From NCBI GenBank assembly GCA_905182865.1, contig CAJJCY010000002.1:771040-835039 (forward strand): DNA of 64,000 bases. The letters are read 5' to 3'. Below, piece after piece: positions 47,494-57,752 of the stretch. Positions within the stretch are counted from its first letter, which is position 1, and every line of letters begins with the position of its first letter. Source of the stretch: an uncultured SAR324 cluster bacterium. Lineage in GTDB: Bacteria; SAR324; NAC60-12. The notes below the pieces were generated by a model. That model did no database searches, was not told the DNA's origin, and was given only the letters and a program-made list of their open reading frames with translations. The translations under genes were made by a program, and so were the position numbers.

Positions 47494-48753
47494 ATGCTAG
47501 AAGAAACCCTTGTTCTTTTCAAAAATATCAGAAACCCCAAATACGATAAGTCTCTGGCCGGTTACAAAAACACCGGTGGGTTTAAATCTTTGAAAAAAGT
47601 ATTTGGCATGAAGCCCGAAGAAGTTGTGCAGGAAGTCAAAGAATCCGGAGTACGCGGACGGGGCGGAGCGGGATTCCCGACAGGTTTGAAATGGAGCTTC
47701 ATGGCCAAAGGAACCGGTAAACCCAGTTATCTGGTTGCCAATGCTGATGAATCTGAACCGGGGACCTGTAAGGATCGCGAACTGATGCTTAAAGATCCTC
47801 ACCTTTTTTTGGAAGGCCTGATGATTGGAAGTTATGCAGTTGGTTGCCATCATGCTTATGTCTATGTTCGTGGTGAATTTTTTCCAGCCATCAAGATCTT
47901 AAATGCTGCGGTTGATGAATTATATGCGGACGGGCTTCTTGGACACGATCCGCTGGGCAGTGGCTTTAATTTGGATATCACTATCCACACCGGTGCGGGT
48001 GCTTATATTTGCGGCGAGGAAACCGCACTGCTGGATTCATTGGAAGGTAAACGCGGACAGCCCAGAGTAAAACCTCCTTTCCCTGCAGTTTCAGGCTTCA
48101 ACGGATGCCCAACGAGTGTAAACAATGTTGAAACATTGGCCTGTTTGCCCTTTATTTTTAGCGATGGAGGAGTGGAATCTTTCAAAAGTTTTGGTCCACA
48201 AAATAATTCAGGGACACATTTAGTGAGCTTGAGTGGTCATGTAAATAGTCCGGGAGTTTATGAGTTGCGGATGGATGTCAGTATGAAAGACATTATTTAC
48301 GAAATCGGCGGAGGCATCCGCAATGGAAAGAAGCTTAAAGGTGTAATTCCCGGAGGCTCCTCTTCACCTGTCATGAAAGCCGATGAAATTGATGTGCTTT
48401 ATAACTTTGATGATTTGGCAAAAATAGGAACCATGATGGGCTCTTCTGCAATGATGGTCTTTGATGAAGACACTGATGTAGTAAAATTACTCCACCGCAT
48501 TACCCGTTTTTACGCCCATGAATCCTGCGGACAGTGTACGCCCTGCCGCGAAGGGACTCACTGGTCTCGTCAAATTGTTCGTGATTTTCTCAATGGAAAC
48601 GGAAGTGAAGAAAAATTAAAGCGTCTTGACCGAGTCGGCGGAAATATGTTGGGGACCACTCTTTGTGCCTTGGGTGACGCCGCCGCGATGCCGATTCAAA
48701 GTTTTGTAAACAAATTTCCGGAAGAATTCCGGAAATATTATGCCACTACTTAA
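47494..48753 (+). CDS. nuoF: NADH-quinone oxidoreductase subunit F (51-kDa, FMN/NADH site)
   Basis: GRGGAGFPTGLKW, ANADESEPGTCKDR, GAGAYICGEETALL, and the 4Fe-4S motif ESCGQCTPCREG. Confidence 0.95.
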   Translation: MLEETLVLFKNIRNPKYDKSLAGYKNTGGFKSLKKVFGMKPEEVVQEVKESGVRGRGGAGFPTGLKWSFMAKGTGKPSYLVANADESEPGTCKDRELMLKDPHLFLEGLMIGSYAVGCHHAYVYVRGEFFPAIKILNAAVDELYADGLLGHDPLGSGFNLDITIHTGAGAYICGEETALLDSLEGKRGQPRVKPPFPAVSGFNGCPTSVNNVETLACLPFIFSDGGVESFKSFGPQNNSGTHLVSLSGHVNSPGVYELRMDVSMKDIIYEIGGGIRNGKKLKGVIPGGSSSPVMKADEIDVLYNFDDLAKIGTMMGSSAMMVFDEDTDVVKLLHRITRFYAHESCGQCTPCREGTHWSRQIVRDFLNGNGSEEKLKRLDRVGGNMLGTTLCALGDAAAMPIQSFVNKFPEEFRKYYATT

Positions 48754-48763
48754 CGAGTTTCCC

Positions 48764-50401
48764 ATGCCTGTATTTCAAATTGATGGTGAGCCGGTTGAAT
48801 ACGAGCCGGGTGAAAAAGTCCTTTCTGCCGCTTTACGTTGCGGAAAAATAATTCCTCATTATTGCTACCATCCCGGAATGTCTGTAGTCGCCACCTGCAG
48901 AATGTGTCTGGTGGATGTGGTCGATCTTGGTAATGGCAGACCTGCACCAAAACTCCAGACCGCTTGTTCTGTCGATGCCTCGGAAGGCATGAAGATCGAA
49001 ACTTTCAATCAAAAAGTTGAAGAGGGAAGGAAACTTGTTAACGAATTTTTTCTGATTAATCACCCTCTCGATTGTCCGATCTGTGATCAGTCCGGAGAAT
49101 GTACACTGCAAGACTATTCCTTTAAATATGGTTCCGGAAAATCGGAAATGGATTATTCTAAACGGGTTAACGGCTGGCGCGACATTGGTACTTTTGTAGC
49201 CCTGGAACGTAACCGTTGCATACAATGTTCTCGCTGTGACAGATTTACCAGGGAAATCACCGGCACCAACGAATTCGGTATGTTTAATCGGGGACATGAA
49301 TTGGCCGTGGATACCTATACAGACAGACCGATGACGAATAAATTTCAGGGAAACATGGCAGACATTTGTCCGGTCGGTGCCATCACCGAAAAAGAGTTCC
49401 GCTTCAAGCGTCGCGTTTGGAAACTGAAAAAAAATCATTCCATTTGTACAGGCTGTTCAACCGGATGCAACGTCACAATTGAACATGACAGAAACGAAGT
49501 CTTTAGGCTCAAACCACACGAGAACCAAAGCGTCAATAAATGGTGGCTTTGTGATGAAGGACGTTTGACTTACAGAAAAATGAATGAAAAAAAATCCAGA
49601 ATAAATCAGCCTTTGGGACTAATTGGAGAAAATCTCGAAGGTATTTCATGGGAAAAAGCATACGGTGCAATTGCGGAACGAATCAGAGAACTGAAGCCGC
49701 TTCCCCATGAGGTGCTTGCACTTACCGATACTCATGCAAGCAACGAAGAATTATTTTTAATTCAAAAATTGTTGAAAGAAGGATTCTCTTCTGAAAACAT
49801 CTTTTGTCCTTTTCCGACGTGGGAACAAAGTGAAAGTGATTTTTTCATAAATACCCTCATCACAACAGACAAAACTCCCAACCGAGCTGGAGCACTTGCG
49901 CTTCAAATCAAGGGGGACCAGAAGAATAAAAAACTTAAAAAAGCGATCGAAGGTGAATTGAAAGTAGTCTTCATACTAGGCAACCCCTTTGAAAACGAAT
50001 TGGAGTTTAAGGAAATAATAAAGCGAACACAACTTGTAATTCATATTGGAGTTTTTCACAATTCCTGGAGTGAAATGGCTGACGTTGTTCTTCCCGGACA
50101 GTTTTATTCAGAAAAAGAAGGAACCTATACCAACAAAAATCAGCGTGTTCAGTCGACTGAAATTGCCGTCAAGGCTTTACGCAGAACTCGCCCAGAGTGG
50201 CAGATTATTTCAGAATTATTGCAGGCTCTGGGGCACAAAAGTAGTTTCGAAAGTATTCCACAAGTTTTTAACACAATGGTTCAGGAGGCTAAGGCATTTA
50301 CCGGAATTAGTTTTGATAAAATTGGAGGTTTTGGAATTGAACTGACGAAAAATACAAAAGACCCTGGTAAAAAAGTAGTTCCGGAAATGACAGCTATTTA
50401 A
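48764..50401 (+). CDS. nuoG: NADH-quinone oxidoreductase subunit G (75-kDa family, short form)
   Basis: 2Fe-2S (CYHPGMSVVATCRMCLV), HPLDCPICDQSGEC, CIQCSRCDRF and CPVGA motifs. About 545 aa, so the molybdopterin-like C-domain is shorter than in E. coli NuoG. Confidence 0.85.
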   Translation: MPVFQIDGEPVEYEPGEKVLSAALRCGKIIPHYCYHPGMSVVATCRMCLVDVVDLGNGRPAPKLQTACSVDASEGMKIETFNQKVEEGRKLVNEFFLINHPLDCPICDQSGECTLQDYSFKYGSGKSEMDYSKRVNGWRDIGTFVALERNRCIQCSRCDRFTREITGTNEFGMFNRGHELAVDTYTDRPMTNKFQGNMADICPVGAITEKEFRFKRRVWKLKKNHSICTGCSTGCNVTIEHDRNEVFRLKPHENQSVNKWWLCDEGRLTYRKMNEKKSRINQPLGLIGENLEGISWEKAYGAIAERIRELKPLPHEVLALTDTHASNEELFLIQKLLKEGFSSENIFCPFPTWEQSESDFFINTLITTDKTPNRAGALALQIKGDQKNKKLKKAIEGELKVVFILGNPFENELEFKEIIKRTQLVIHIGVFHNSWSEMADVVLPGQFYSEKEGTYTNKNQRVQSTEIAVKALRRTRPEWQIISELLQALGHKSSFESIPQVFNTMVQEAKAFTGISFDKIGGFGIELTKNTKDPGKKVVPEMTAI

Positions 50402-50436
50402 TAGTCCACCATTATTCATGCCGTAATTTAAAAACT

Positions 50437-50949
50437 ATGTTAACAATTTTTTACATTTTTGCTGTATTGAGCGTGTTTGGTGCGTTGGGTGTCCTTTTTT
50501 TACGGAATCCAATACACTGTGCGCTGTCTTTGGTGGGGACCTTTTTTTGTTTAGGAGCTATCTATGTAATGCTCAACGCGGAGTTTGTAGCAGTCATTCA
50601 GGTTTTGGTTTATGCTGGTGCAATCATGGTTCTTTTCCTCTTTGTGTTGATGCTGCTTCCCTCAAAGGACTCTGAACAGTATGTCAACAAATGGTCCGTG
50701 GGGAAAATTTTGGCTGGTCTTCTCTCATTGGGAATTTTTATTCAAATTGCCAGTCTATTCACAGCAAACGAATTACAACTTGGATCGAAGGGTGAATATC
50801 CGCTTGAGGTTGTAGAAGAAGTTGGTTCGATTACTCTAATTGGACGCCTACTTTTTACAGATTATATTTTGTCATTTGAAATAATAGCTATTCTCCTGCT
50901 AGTTGCGGTAATTGGGGCGGTTGTGATTGCAAAACGTCGTTTTCAGTAA
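50437..50949 (+). CDS. nuoJ: NADH-quinone oxidoreductase subunit J
   Basis: 170 aa, polytopic. [21 protein letters not shown] is typical of NuoJ/ND6. Position between nuoG and nuoK. Confidence 0.85.
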   Translation: MLTIFYIFAVLSVFGALGVLFLRNPIHCALSLVGTFFCLGAIYVMLNAEFVAVIQVLVYAGAIMVLFLFVLMLLPSKDSEQYVNKWSVGKILAGLLSLGIFIQIASLFTANELQLGSKGEYPLEVVEEVGSITLIGRLLFTDYILSFEIIAILLLVAVIGAVVIAKRRFQ

Positions 50950-50957
50950 ATCTTTTT

Positions 50958-51260
50958 ATGATTCCCATTGAACATATATTATTGTTGAGTGCACTCCTTT
51001 TTATAATTGGGGTACTGGGTGTGATGCTGCGTCGCAACGTCATTGTGATATTTATGAGCATTGAACTGATGCTCAACGCAGTCAACTTGTCATTTGTGAC
51101 TTTCGCCAAAAGCTTGGACTCCATGACCGGTGTTGTCTTTATCTTTTTTATCATAGTGGTTGCTGCTGCAGAAGCGGTGGTTGGCTTATCGATAATTCTT
51201 TCAATATTTCGAACACGAAAAACTCTGAATATTGATAAGTTTAATTTATTAAAGTGGTAG
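50958..51260 (+). CDS. nuoK: NADH-quinone oxidoreductase subunit K
   Basis: 100 aa with three TM segments. [12 protein letters not shown] and [11 protein letters not shown] are NuoK/ND4L signatures. Confidence 0.9.
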   Translation: MIPIEHILLLSALLFIIGVLGVMLRRNVIVIFMSIELMLNAVNLSFVTFAKSLDSMTGVVFIFFIIVVAAAEAVVGLSIILSIFRTRKTLNIDKFNLLKW

Positions 51261-51262
51261 CT

Positions 51263-53145
51263 ATGTCACAAATTTGGCTTGTACCGGCATTCCCACTGCT
51301 GGGATTTGTCCTAAACGGTTTTTTGGGGAAACGTTTTGGTACACGTTTTGTTACCTTTGTCGGTCCATTGGCAGTCGGAATGGCATTTGCCCAGTCGCTA
51401 GTTCTGTTTTTTCAGATGCTTGAGGCAGAGGGGAATGTTCTCAATGAACACCTTTATACCTGGATTTCCTCAGGAAATTTTGAAGTAGGGATAAATTTTA
51501 CAGTCGATCAACTTTCAGGTCTTTATTTACTCATAATCACCGGAGTCGGTTTTTTGATTCATGTATATTCTGTGGGATACATGAAAGGAGAGTCCGGCTA
51601 CTACCGCTTTTTTGCCTACCTGAATTTATTTGTGTTTTTCATGCTGCTGCTGGTTCTCGGTGACAGCTTTTTGCTGATGTTTGTTGGCTGGGAAGGAGTT
51701 GGTCTTTGTTCCTATTTGTTGATAGGTTATTATTTTGAAAAAGATTCTGCCGCCGAAGCTGCCAAAAAAGCTTTCCTTTTCAATCGAGTCGGTGATTTTG
51801 GCGTGTTGTCAGCAGTAATGTTAATTTTCCTGTCATTTGGTTCTTTGTTGGAAAGCCCGAGTATTCCCCCTTCTTCCTCGGCACCGCCGTCCTCCTCATC
51901 TTCATGGGAGCGATGGGAAAATCAGCTCAAGCACCTCTCCATGTCTGGCTTCCAGACGCCATGGAAGGACCTACTCCGGTTTCCGCCCTCATCCACGCCG
52001 CCACCATGGTCGCGGCAGGTGTTTACATGCTTTTCCGCGTCCAGTTCTCCATTGGAGCGGATGCCTTCGAAGGCTTCTCAGGAACCACCATCGCATGGAT
52101 AGGAGCCATTACTGCACTGATAGCCGCGCTGATGGCGACCCAGCAGGATGATATCAAACGCGTTCTTGCCTACTCCACCCTCTCGCAGCTTGGTTATATG
52201 TTCCTAGCAATGGGCGTCGGAGCTTTTGGTGCAGGAGTTTTCCACGTAATGACACACGCTTTTTTTAAGGCACTACTTTTTTTAGGTTCCGGGTCCGTCA
52301 TTCTGGCAATTCACCATGAGCAGGATATGCGGAAAATGGGTGCACTAAAAAACAAGCTGCCAATCACCTATGTAACCATGCTGCTCGGAACATTGGCGAT
52401 TTCCGGTATTCCTTTTTTCTCTGGATTTTTCAGCAAAGACGAAATTCTCTGGAAAGCCTTCAGTTCTCCATTTGGAAGCCCCTGGCTTTGGTTTGTAGGA
52501 TTTTTGACGGCCGGCATAACAGCATTTTATATGTTCCGGATGATCTATTTGACATTTCACGGAGAGTCAAGAGTGGATTCACATGTTGCTGAACATGTAC
52601 GGGAGTCCCCTTTGTCAATGACTTTACCTTTGATGATTTTAGCGGCACTTGCAGTTATAGGTGGTTTTTTTGGGGTTCCACATGTGTTTCATGTTATTCC
52701 CAATGGAATAGAAGTTTACTTTCATAATTTCTTTGCAGAAATTCCAGCAAGTCATGGTAATGTTTCGACTGAGTGGACGCTGATGATTCTGTCTGTAATA
52801 TTTGCTCTTTTTGCCTGGTTTATGGCAAGTCGTTTGTATCATTCAGGATTTGAAATTGCTTCCAGGTTGAGAAGCAAATGGGAATGGGCATATCAACTTT
52901 CTCTAAATAAATGGTATGTAGATGAATTGTATAATTCGTTAATTATTCGGCCAATACGTTTACTATCGACCCACTTACTTTGGGGCCTGTTTGATCAAAA
53001 CGTGATTGACCGGGCTGTCAACACTACCGGGGCAGTTGCACGTTCGGTTGGCAACACTATTCGCCCCCTCCAGAATGGATTGATACAAAATTATGCTCTC
53101 ATTTTCACCCTTGGAACTTTCCTGATTCTATGGTACCTGACGTAG
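51263..53145 (+). pseudogene. nuoL: NADH-quinone oxidoreductase subunit L, interrupted by a 1-nt frameshift in a C5 run (51866-51870)
   Basis: The N-part (…LLMFVGWEGVGLCSYLLIGYYF…) is in frame 2 and the C-part (GAMGKSAQAPLHVWLPDAMEGPTPVSALIHAATMVAAGVY…) in frame 1. Reading C6 instead of C5 gives the continuous ...SIPPFFLGTAVLLIFMGAMGKSAQ. Confidence 0.9.
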
Positions 53146-53207
53146 AACTGCTTAATTGGAGTTTTACTTCTTCTGCTGGAAAGATAATCATAAGTAAAAA
53201 CAACGTC

Positions 53208-53732
53208 ATGAAATATTTATTTGCTATTTTTGCTCTTGCATCTTTTTCCATGTTCACTCAAGCCTCTGCCTTTGAGATTGGAGTTGTTGACCTGAACCAA
53301 GCTCTTAACCAGTCTGAACCTGGAATTCGTTCCAAAAATATACTGGAGCGTCGAGGACGTCAAAAGCAGCAGGAATTTAAACTTGAAGAGTCCGAACTCC
53401 GGAAACTTGCTGAGGACCTGCGGAATAATCCGTTGTTGACTCCCAAAGCCAAGACAAATAAAGAACAGGATTTGATTGCACGACAACAGCAACTGCGTGA
53501 AAAAGTTCGCTCCATTGAACAGGAAATGAGACTGGAAGAACGACGCTTAACGGAAGTTATCTTCAAAGAACTCAAAACTGTGATCCGCAGTATTTCCATC
53601 AAAGAAAAACTTGATTTGGTACTTGAAAAAAATGCTGCACAGGTAATTTTGTATATGAAAGAAGACACAACTGATCTTACTCAAAAAGTGATTGATGAAT
53701 ACAATGCACTAAAACAAGATGGAGGAAGTTGA
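53208..53732 (+). CDS. skp: OmpH/Skp-family periplasmic chaperone
   Basis: Signal peptide MKYLFAIFALASFSMFTQASA, then a coiled-coil-rich 150 aa stretch (IGVVDLNQALNQS...) upstream of fabZ, as in skp-(lpxD)-fabZ clusters. Confidence 0.7.
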   Translation: MKYLFAIFALASFSMFTQASAFEIGVVDLNQALNQSEPGIRSKNILERRGRQKQQEFKLEESELRKLAEDLRNNPLLTPKAKTNKEQDLIARQQQLREKVRSIEQEMRLEERRLTEVIFKELKTVIRSISIKEKLDLVLEKNAAQVILYMKEDTTDLTQKVIDEYNALKQDGGS

Positions 53733-53734
53733 TT

Positions 53735-54166
53735 ATGAATTTGGAGGAAATCAAGAATATTCTACCGCACCGCTACCCTTTTTTACTGGTTGACAGGGTG
53801 CTGGAAGTACGTGATGGAGAATACTGTAAAGCGCTGAAAAATGTTTCTGGTAACGAAGAGGTTTTTTTGGGGCATTTCCCCCAACAGGCAGTGCTGCCCG
53901 GAGTGATGATCATTGAAGCTTTGGCGCAAACAGCCGGACTTGTAATCAATTCCGGAAAGGGTGAGTCTGAAGCTGATGCAATTGTTTTTTTTGCAGGAAT
54001 AAATAATGCCAAATTTAGGGTTCCTGTTGTTCCTGGTGATCAGTTGATATTGGAAACAACTTTGAGCAATCAGCGTCGAAACTTTTGGGTCTTTGAAGGC
54101 AAAGCAAGTGTCGATGGCAAATTGGCGGCACAGGCAGAAATTAAATTAATGATGCAACCAACATGA
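53735..54166 (+). CDS. fabZ: 3-hydroxyacyl-ACP dehydratase FabZ
   Basis: ILPHRYPFLLVDRV, FLGHFPQQAVLPGVMIIEALAQ. Confidence 0.9.
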   Translation: MNLEEIKNILPHRYPFLLVDRVLEVRDGEYCKALKNVSGNEEVFLGHFPQQAVLPGVMIIEALAQTAGLVINSGKGESEADAIVFFAGINNAKFRVPVVPGDQLILETTLSNQRRNFWVFEGKASVDGKLAAQAEIKLMMQPT

Positions 54167-54456
54167 CAACTAAATTCAGCCCCGAAGAAGTACAAAAGAT
54201 TGCCCGGCTTTCTTCTTTGGAATTAACAGAAAAAGAAACGGAAGTTTTTGCAGAACAGTTTTCTGGGATTATGGAATACTTTGAATTGTTGAAAACTGCC
54301 GAAATTCCGGACGTTGTTACCAAGGTAGATGAAAGCCATTTAGGAGACAGCCGGAAAGATAAAATGATAAAGTCACCAGTTTCTCCTGAACAGTTTAGTC
54401 CGTATCTTGAAGATGGATTTTTCAAAGTACCGAGGGTGATAGATCAGGAAAATTAA
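54163..54456 (+). CDS. gatC: Asp/Glu-tRNA amidotransferase subunit C
   Basis: 97 aa. VQKIARLSSLELTEKETEVFAEQFSGIMEYFELL is typical of GatC. Confidence 0.85.
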   Translation: MTTKFSPEEVQKIARLSSLELTEKETEVFAEQFSGIMEYFELLKTAEIPDVVTKVDESHLGDSRKDKMIKSPVSPEQFSPYLEDGFFKVPRVIDQEN

Positions 54457-54458
54457 AC

Positions 54459-54767
54459 ATGACAGGAAAACAAAAAAAATATTTACGTGCATTGGCCCAT
54501 CCGTTAAAACCATTAGCGAATCTTGGCAAGCATGGACTTTCTCCTGAAAACAAGCGAGAAATTGAAACCCTGCTGCTGGACCATGAATTGATTAAACTAA
54601 AAGTTCTTGACAGTTGCCCTTTATCAAAAAAAGAATGTGCCAATGCGGTGGGCAGAATTAAGGGTCTTGAAGTTGTGCAGGTTATTGGAAAAACACTTGT
54701 TCTTTTTAGTCCTCATCCAGATGACCCAGAAACAATCGTAGAACGAATGGATCTGTTCTTGAAATGA
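54459..54767 (+). CDS. yhbY: CRM-domain RNA-binding protein YhbY
   Basis: LTGKQKKYLRALAHPLKPLANLGKHGLS...HELIKLKV pattern. Confidence 0.8.
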   Translation: MTGKQKKYLRALAHPLKPLANLGKHGLSPENKREIETLLLDHELIKLKVLDSCPLSKKECANAVGRIKGLEVVQVIGKTLVLFSPHPDDPETIVERMDLFLK

Positions 54768-54918
54768 ACCGTAAAAAGTAATTTATATTTAATGACGGCT
54801 GTATTTAATAGTAAATGTGCAGTCCTAATACTTAAAACACCCCTCGACGATCTCTCGAAAAATAATCTTTAGAGGTTTTTTTAACTTTGTAGAAATAATT
54901 CATAGTTGCTCAACTCGT

Positions 54919-56844
54919 ATGACCGACACTTTTTATATTACCACTCCAATATACTATGTAAACAGCCATCCACACATTGGCCATGCTTACACTACGATTG
55001 TGACTGATGTATTGACACGCTTTCGTAAACTGTTTGGTGATGACACTTATTTTTTAACCGGAACCGATGAGCATGGACAAAAAATAGTTGAATCTGCCGC
55101 CAAAGCTGGTGTTGAGCCGCAAGCATTTGTGGACAAGATCAGTCGGGAATTTCGTGAAATGTGGCCGCATCTGCATATTGAATTTGATCAGTTTATTCGC
55201 ACGACTGATCCTGAACACAAAGCCTGTGTTCAGGAAATCCTGCAAAAAATTTATGATCAGGGTGAAATTTATCTAAAAGAATACGAAGGACTTTATTGCG
55301 TCGGTTGTGAACGTTTTTTGGACGAAGCAGAGTTGGAGGACGGAAATTGTCCAGACCATCAAACACCACCAAAATTTTATCAGGAACAAAATTATTTCTT
55401 CAAAATGAGTGCTTACCAGGATTGGCTGCTTGAAGAGTTGAAGCAAAATGAAAGCTGGATATATCCCGGACGTTACCGCAATGAGCTAATACAGTTTCTA
55501 AAAGCACCTCTTCAGGATTTGTGTATTTCTCGTCCTAAAAGCCGGTTAGCCTGGGGTATTGATCTCCCTTTTGATAAAAACTTTGTCACCTATGTCTGGT
55601 TTGATGCGCTGCTTAATTATGCGAGCGCCTTAGGCTGGCCGGAAGGAGAAAAGTATACAAAGTACTGGCCGCATGTACACCACACAATAGGCAAGGACAT
55701 TTTAAAAACACATGGAATATACTGGCCGTGTATGCTCAAGGCTGCAGGTTTGCCTGTCTTTAAAAAACTTGTGGTTCACGGTCACTGGGTCGTAGGAGGC
55801 AGGAAGATGAGTAAGTCTCTCGGTAATGTGGTTGATCCACTGGCCATGAAAGATCAACTTGGTGTGGATGCCCTACGTTATTTTTTATTGCGTGACATGA
55901 GTTTTGGTGAGGATTCAAATTTTACTGAAGATTTGGCTATCACACGTTACAACGGTGATTTAGCCAATAACTTTGGAAATTTACTCAATCGCTCAATAAG
56001 TATGAGCCGAAATAATTTTGAAGGCTGCGTACCTCCTTTGGGTGAAGTTGGAGAACTGGAAAAAGATCTCCTGAATTCGTTTAGCAAAGGAGTGGAAACT
56101 TGCCGGGAATACATTCTTGCTTTTCAGCCGCATCGTGCTCTGGAACACATAGCGTGGCTCAGCAGCCAAGTCAACAAATACATTGACAACTGCAAGCCAT
56201 GGAGCCTGGCAGGGCAACTGGAAGACAGAGAGCGCTTAGGAACTATTCTTTATACTTCACTGGATATGGCAAGAATTCTGGTTGGCTTGCTGGATCCAGT
56301 AATGCCGGAAAAGATGTGCGAGGCTCGTAAATCTCTCGGACTTGTTACAGAGGCAATTCCTTTTGAGAAACTTACTCACGGAGTATTGGTAGCGGGAACA
56401 GAACTGCCGGAACCAACACCGTTGTTTCCAAAAATGAAAATTTCTGCCACAAATGAATCTGTTGTAAAAGATCAACTACCAGAAAAAATAGAAAGTAAGC
56501 CGGCGGAGAAGGAAAAAGAGTGGCTGGCTTTTGACGATTTTCAGAAAATGGAACTAAAAGTTGGTCATATCAAATCTTGTCGGAAGGTGGAAAAATCAAA
56601 TAAGCTGCTCTGTTCTGAAGTAGATTTAGCAGAAGGACGTATGCGTTCTATAGTTTCTGGAGCTGCTGCATTCTACACTCCTGAAGAATTGACTGATCGC
56701 AGAGTTCTTGTCGTTGCAAACTTGAAGCCGGTCAAATTGATGGGCGAAGTTTCTGAAGGCATGATCCTTTTTTCTGACGATAATGGAAAACTCGTTTTGA
56801 TTGAAGCTCCAGAAGACGTGAATCCGGGTGTGACTGTACGTTAA
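54919..56844 (+). CDS. metG: methionine--tRNA ligase with C-terminal tRNA-binding (EMAP/Trbp111-like) domain
   Basis: The HIGH motif (PHIGHAYT), KMSKS (RKMSKSLGN), and the C-terminal LKVGHIKSCRKVEKSNKLLCSEVDL... Confidence 0.95.
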   Translation: MTDTFYITTPIYYVNSHPHIGHAYTTIVTDVLTRFRKLFGDDTYFLTGTDEHGQKIVESAAKAGVEPQAFVDKISREFREMWPHLHIEFDQFIRTTDPEHKACVQEILQKIYDQGEIYLKEYEGLYCVGCERFLDEAELEDGNCPDHQTPPKFYQEQNYFFKMSAYQDWLLEELKQNESWIYPGRYRNELIQFLKAPLQDLCISRPKSRLAWGIDLPFDKNFVTYVWFDALLNYASALGWPEGEKYTKYWPHVHHTIGKDILKTHGIYWPCMLKAAGLPVFKKLVVHGHWVVGGRKMSKSLGNVVDPLAMKDQLGVDALRYFLLRDMSFGEDSNFTEDLAITRYNGDLANNFGNLLNRSISMSRNNFEGCVPPLGEVGELEKDLLNSFSKGVETCREYILAFQPHRALEHIAWLSSQVNKYIDNCKPWSLAGQLEDRERLGTILYTSLDMARILVGLLDPVMPEKMCEARKSLGLVTEAIPFEKLTHGVLVAGTELPEPTPLFPKMKISATNESVVKDQLPEKIESKPAEKEKEWLAFDDFQKMELKVGHIKSCRKVEKSNKLLCSEVDLAEGRMRSIVSGAAAFYTPEELTDRRVLVVANLKPVKLMGEVSEGMILFSDDNGKLVLIEAPEDVNPGVTVR

Positions 56845-57063
56845 AACAATTGAAATGTATTTACAATTTACGATTTGTGTGAGACACTACTTTTGAGCTG
56901 AAGGATATATTTTTTGTTGCTGATACGGTGCAACAGTCGGATTCTAACATTTCCATTTTACTCCTGTATTAGCAGTATATTTTGAAAAGAGGGTTAAAGG
57001 GGATCATAGACAAAAAACCGACTGTTCTCAAAAATCCTGAAAACTGTAAAACTATTTAAACTT

Positions 57064-57426
57064 ATGACTATTGCATCAGGCTATCTGCCGATATTAATTA
57101 TGATTGTGCTGGGAATCATTCTGGCAGGTGCGTTTAGCTGTATCGGACTTTTTCTGGGACCAAAACTTAGAGGGGAAGTTAAGGAGACCCCCTTTGAATC
57201 AGGTTTGCTTAGAGATGGAATGGCAGGACAACGATATGATGTTAAATTTTATATGACTGCTTTGGTCTTTCTAATTTTTGACGTAGAGGTGGTATTTCTT
57301 TATCCCTGGGCAGTGCAGATTCGCGAATTAGGGTGGTTTGGTTTTTTGGCCAGCTCAGTTTTTTTAGGAATACTGATTCTTGGTTTGGCTTACGATTGGA
57401 AAAAAGGTGCGCTGGAATGGGAGTAA
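57064..57426 (+). CDS. nuoA: NADH-quinone oxidoreductase subunit A
   Basis: 120 aa with three TM segments. ETPFESG...YDVKFYMTALVFLIFDVEVVFLYPWA is the NuoA/ND3 signature. Confidence 0.9.
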   Translation: MTIASGYLPILIMIVLGIILAGAFSCIGLFLGPKLRGEVKETPFESGLLRDGMAGQRYDVKFYMTALVFLIFDVEVVFLYPWAVQIRELGWFGFLASSVFLGILILGLAYDWKKGALEWE

Positions 57427-57520
57427 TTCATTAAATTGTTTTTTCTTTAACCTCATAATACAGCTGTGACCAGAGTTAAAAGAATAATTTTTCTGAAAAA
57501 TGCACAATTACAAACACAAT

Positions 57521-57696
57521 ATGCCGTTTAAATACAGGCAAATTGAGAGAAACCTAAAATAATGGGATTTCAAGTTGTTCGTCAAAAAGATTCTCATGTT
57601 ATTTTCTTAAATGGAAGGGACACTTTCCCGGTACCAAAGCACGGTTTAAATGATATATTAATAGGAGTGGAACGTCAGTTGTTAAAAATTCTGTAA
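57521..57696 (+). pseudogene. hicA: HicA-family mRNA-interferase toxin (orphan), with a frameshift in an A4 run (57556-57559)
   Basis: ATG 57521 gives MPFKYRQIERNLK then a stop. The next frame gives MGFQVVRQKDSHVIFLNGRDTFPVPKHGLNDILIGVERQLLKIL*. Reading A5 instead of A4 joins them into a 58-aa HicA-like protein (GF..VRQKGSH...P.H pattern). Too short for the ORF track. Confidence 0.55.
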
Positions 57697-57752
57697 ACTA
57701 CAAAAGAGGAATTTAGAAATATCAAATAATGTTAACTTAACAGGAACTAATT

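Noticed and set aside
56932-57027. A 9-bp inverted repeat, AACAGTCGG ... CCGACTGTT, about 78 nt apart upstream of nuoA.
   Set aside because: By a rough estimate, about two dozen 9-mer inverted repeats within 100 nt are expected by chance in a 64-kb window. There is no supporting structure or U-tract.
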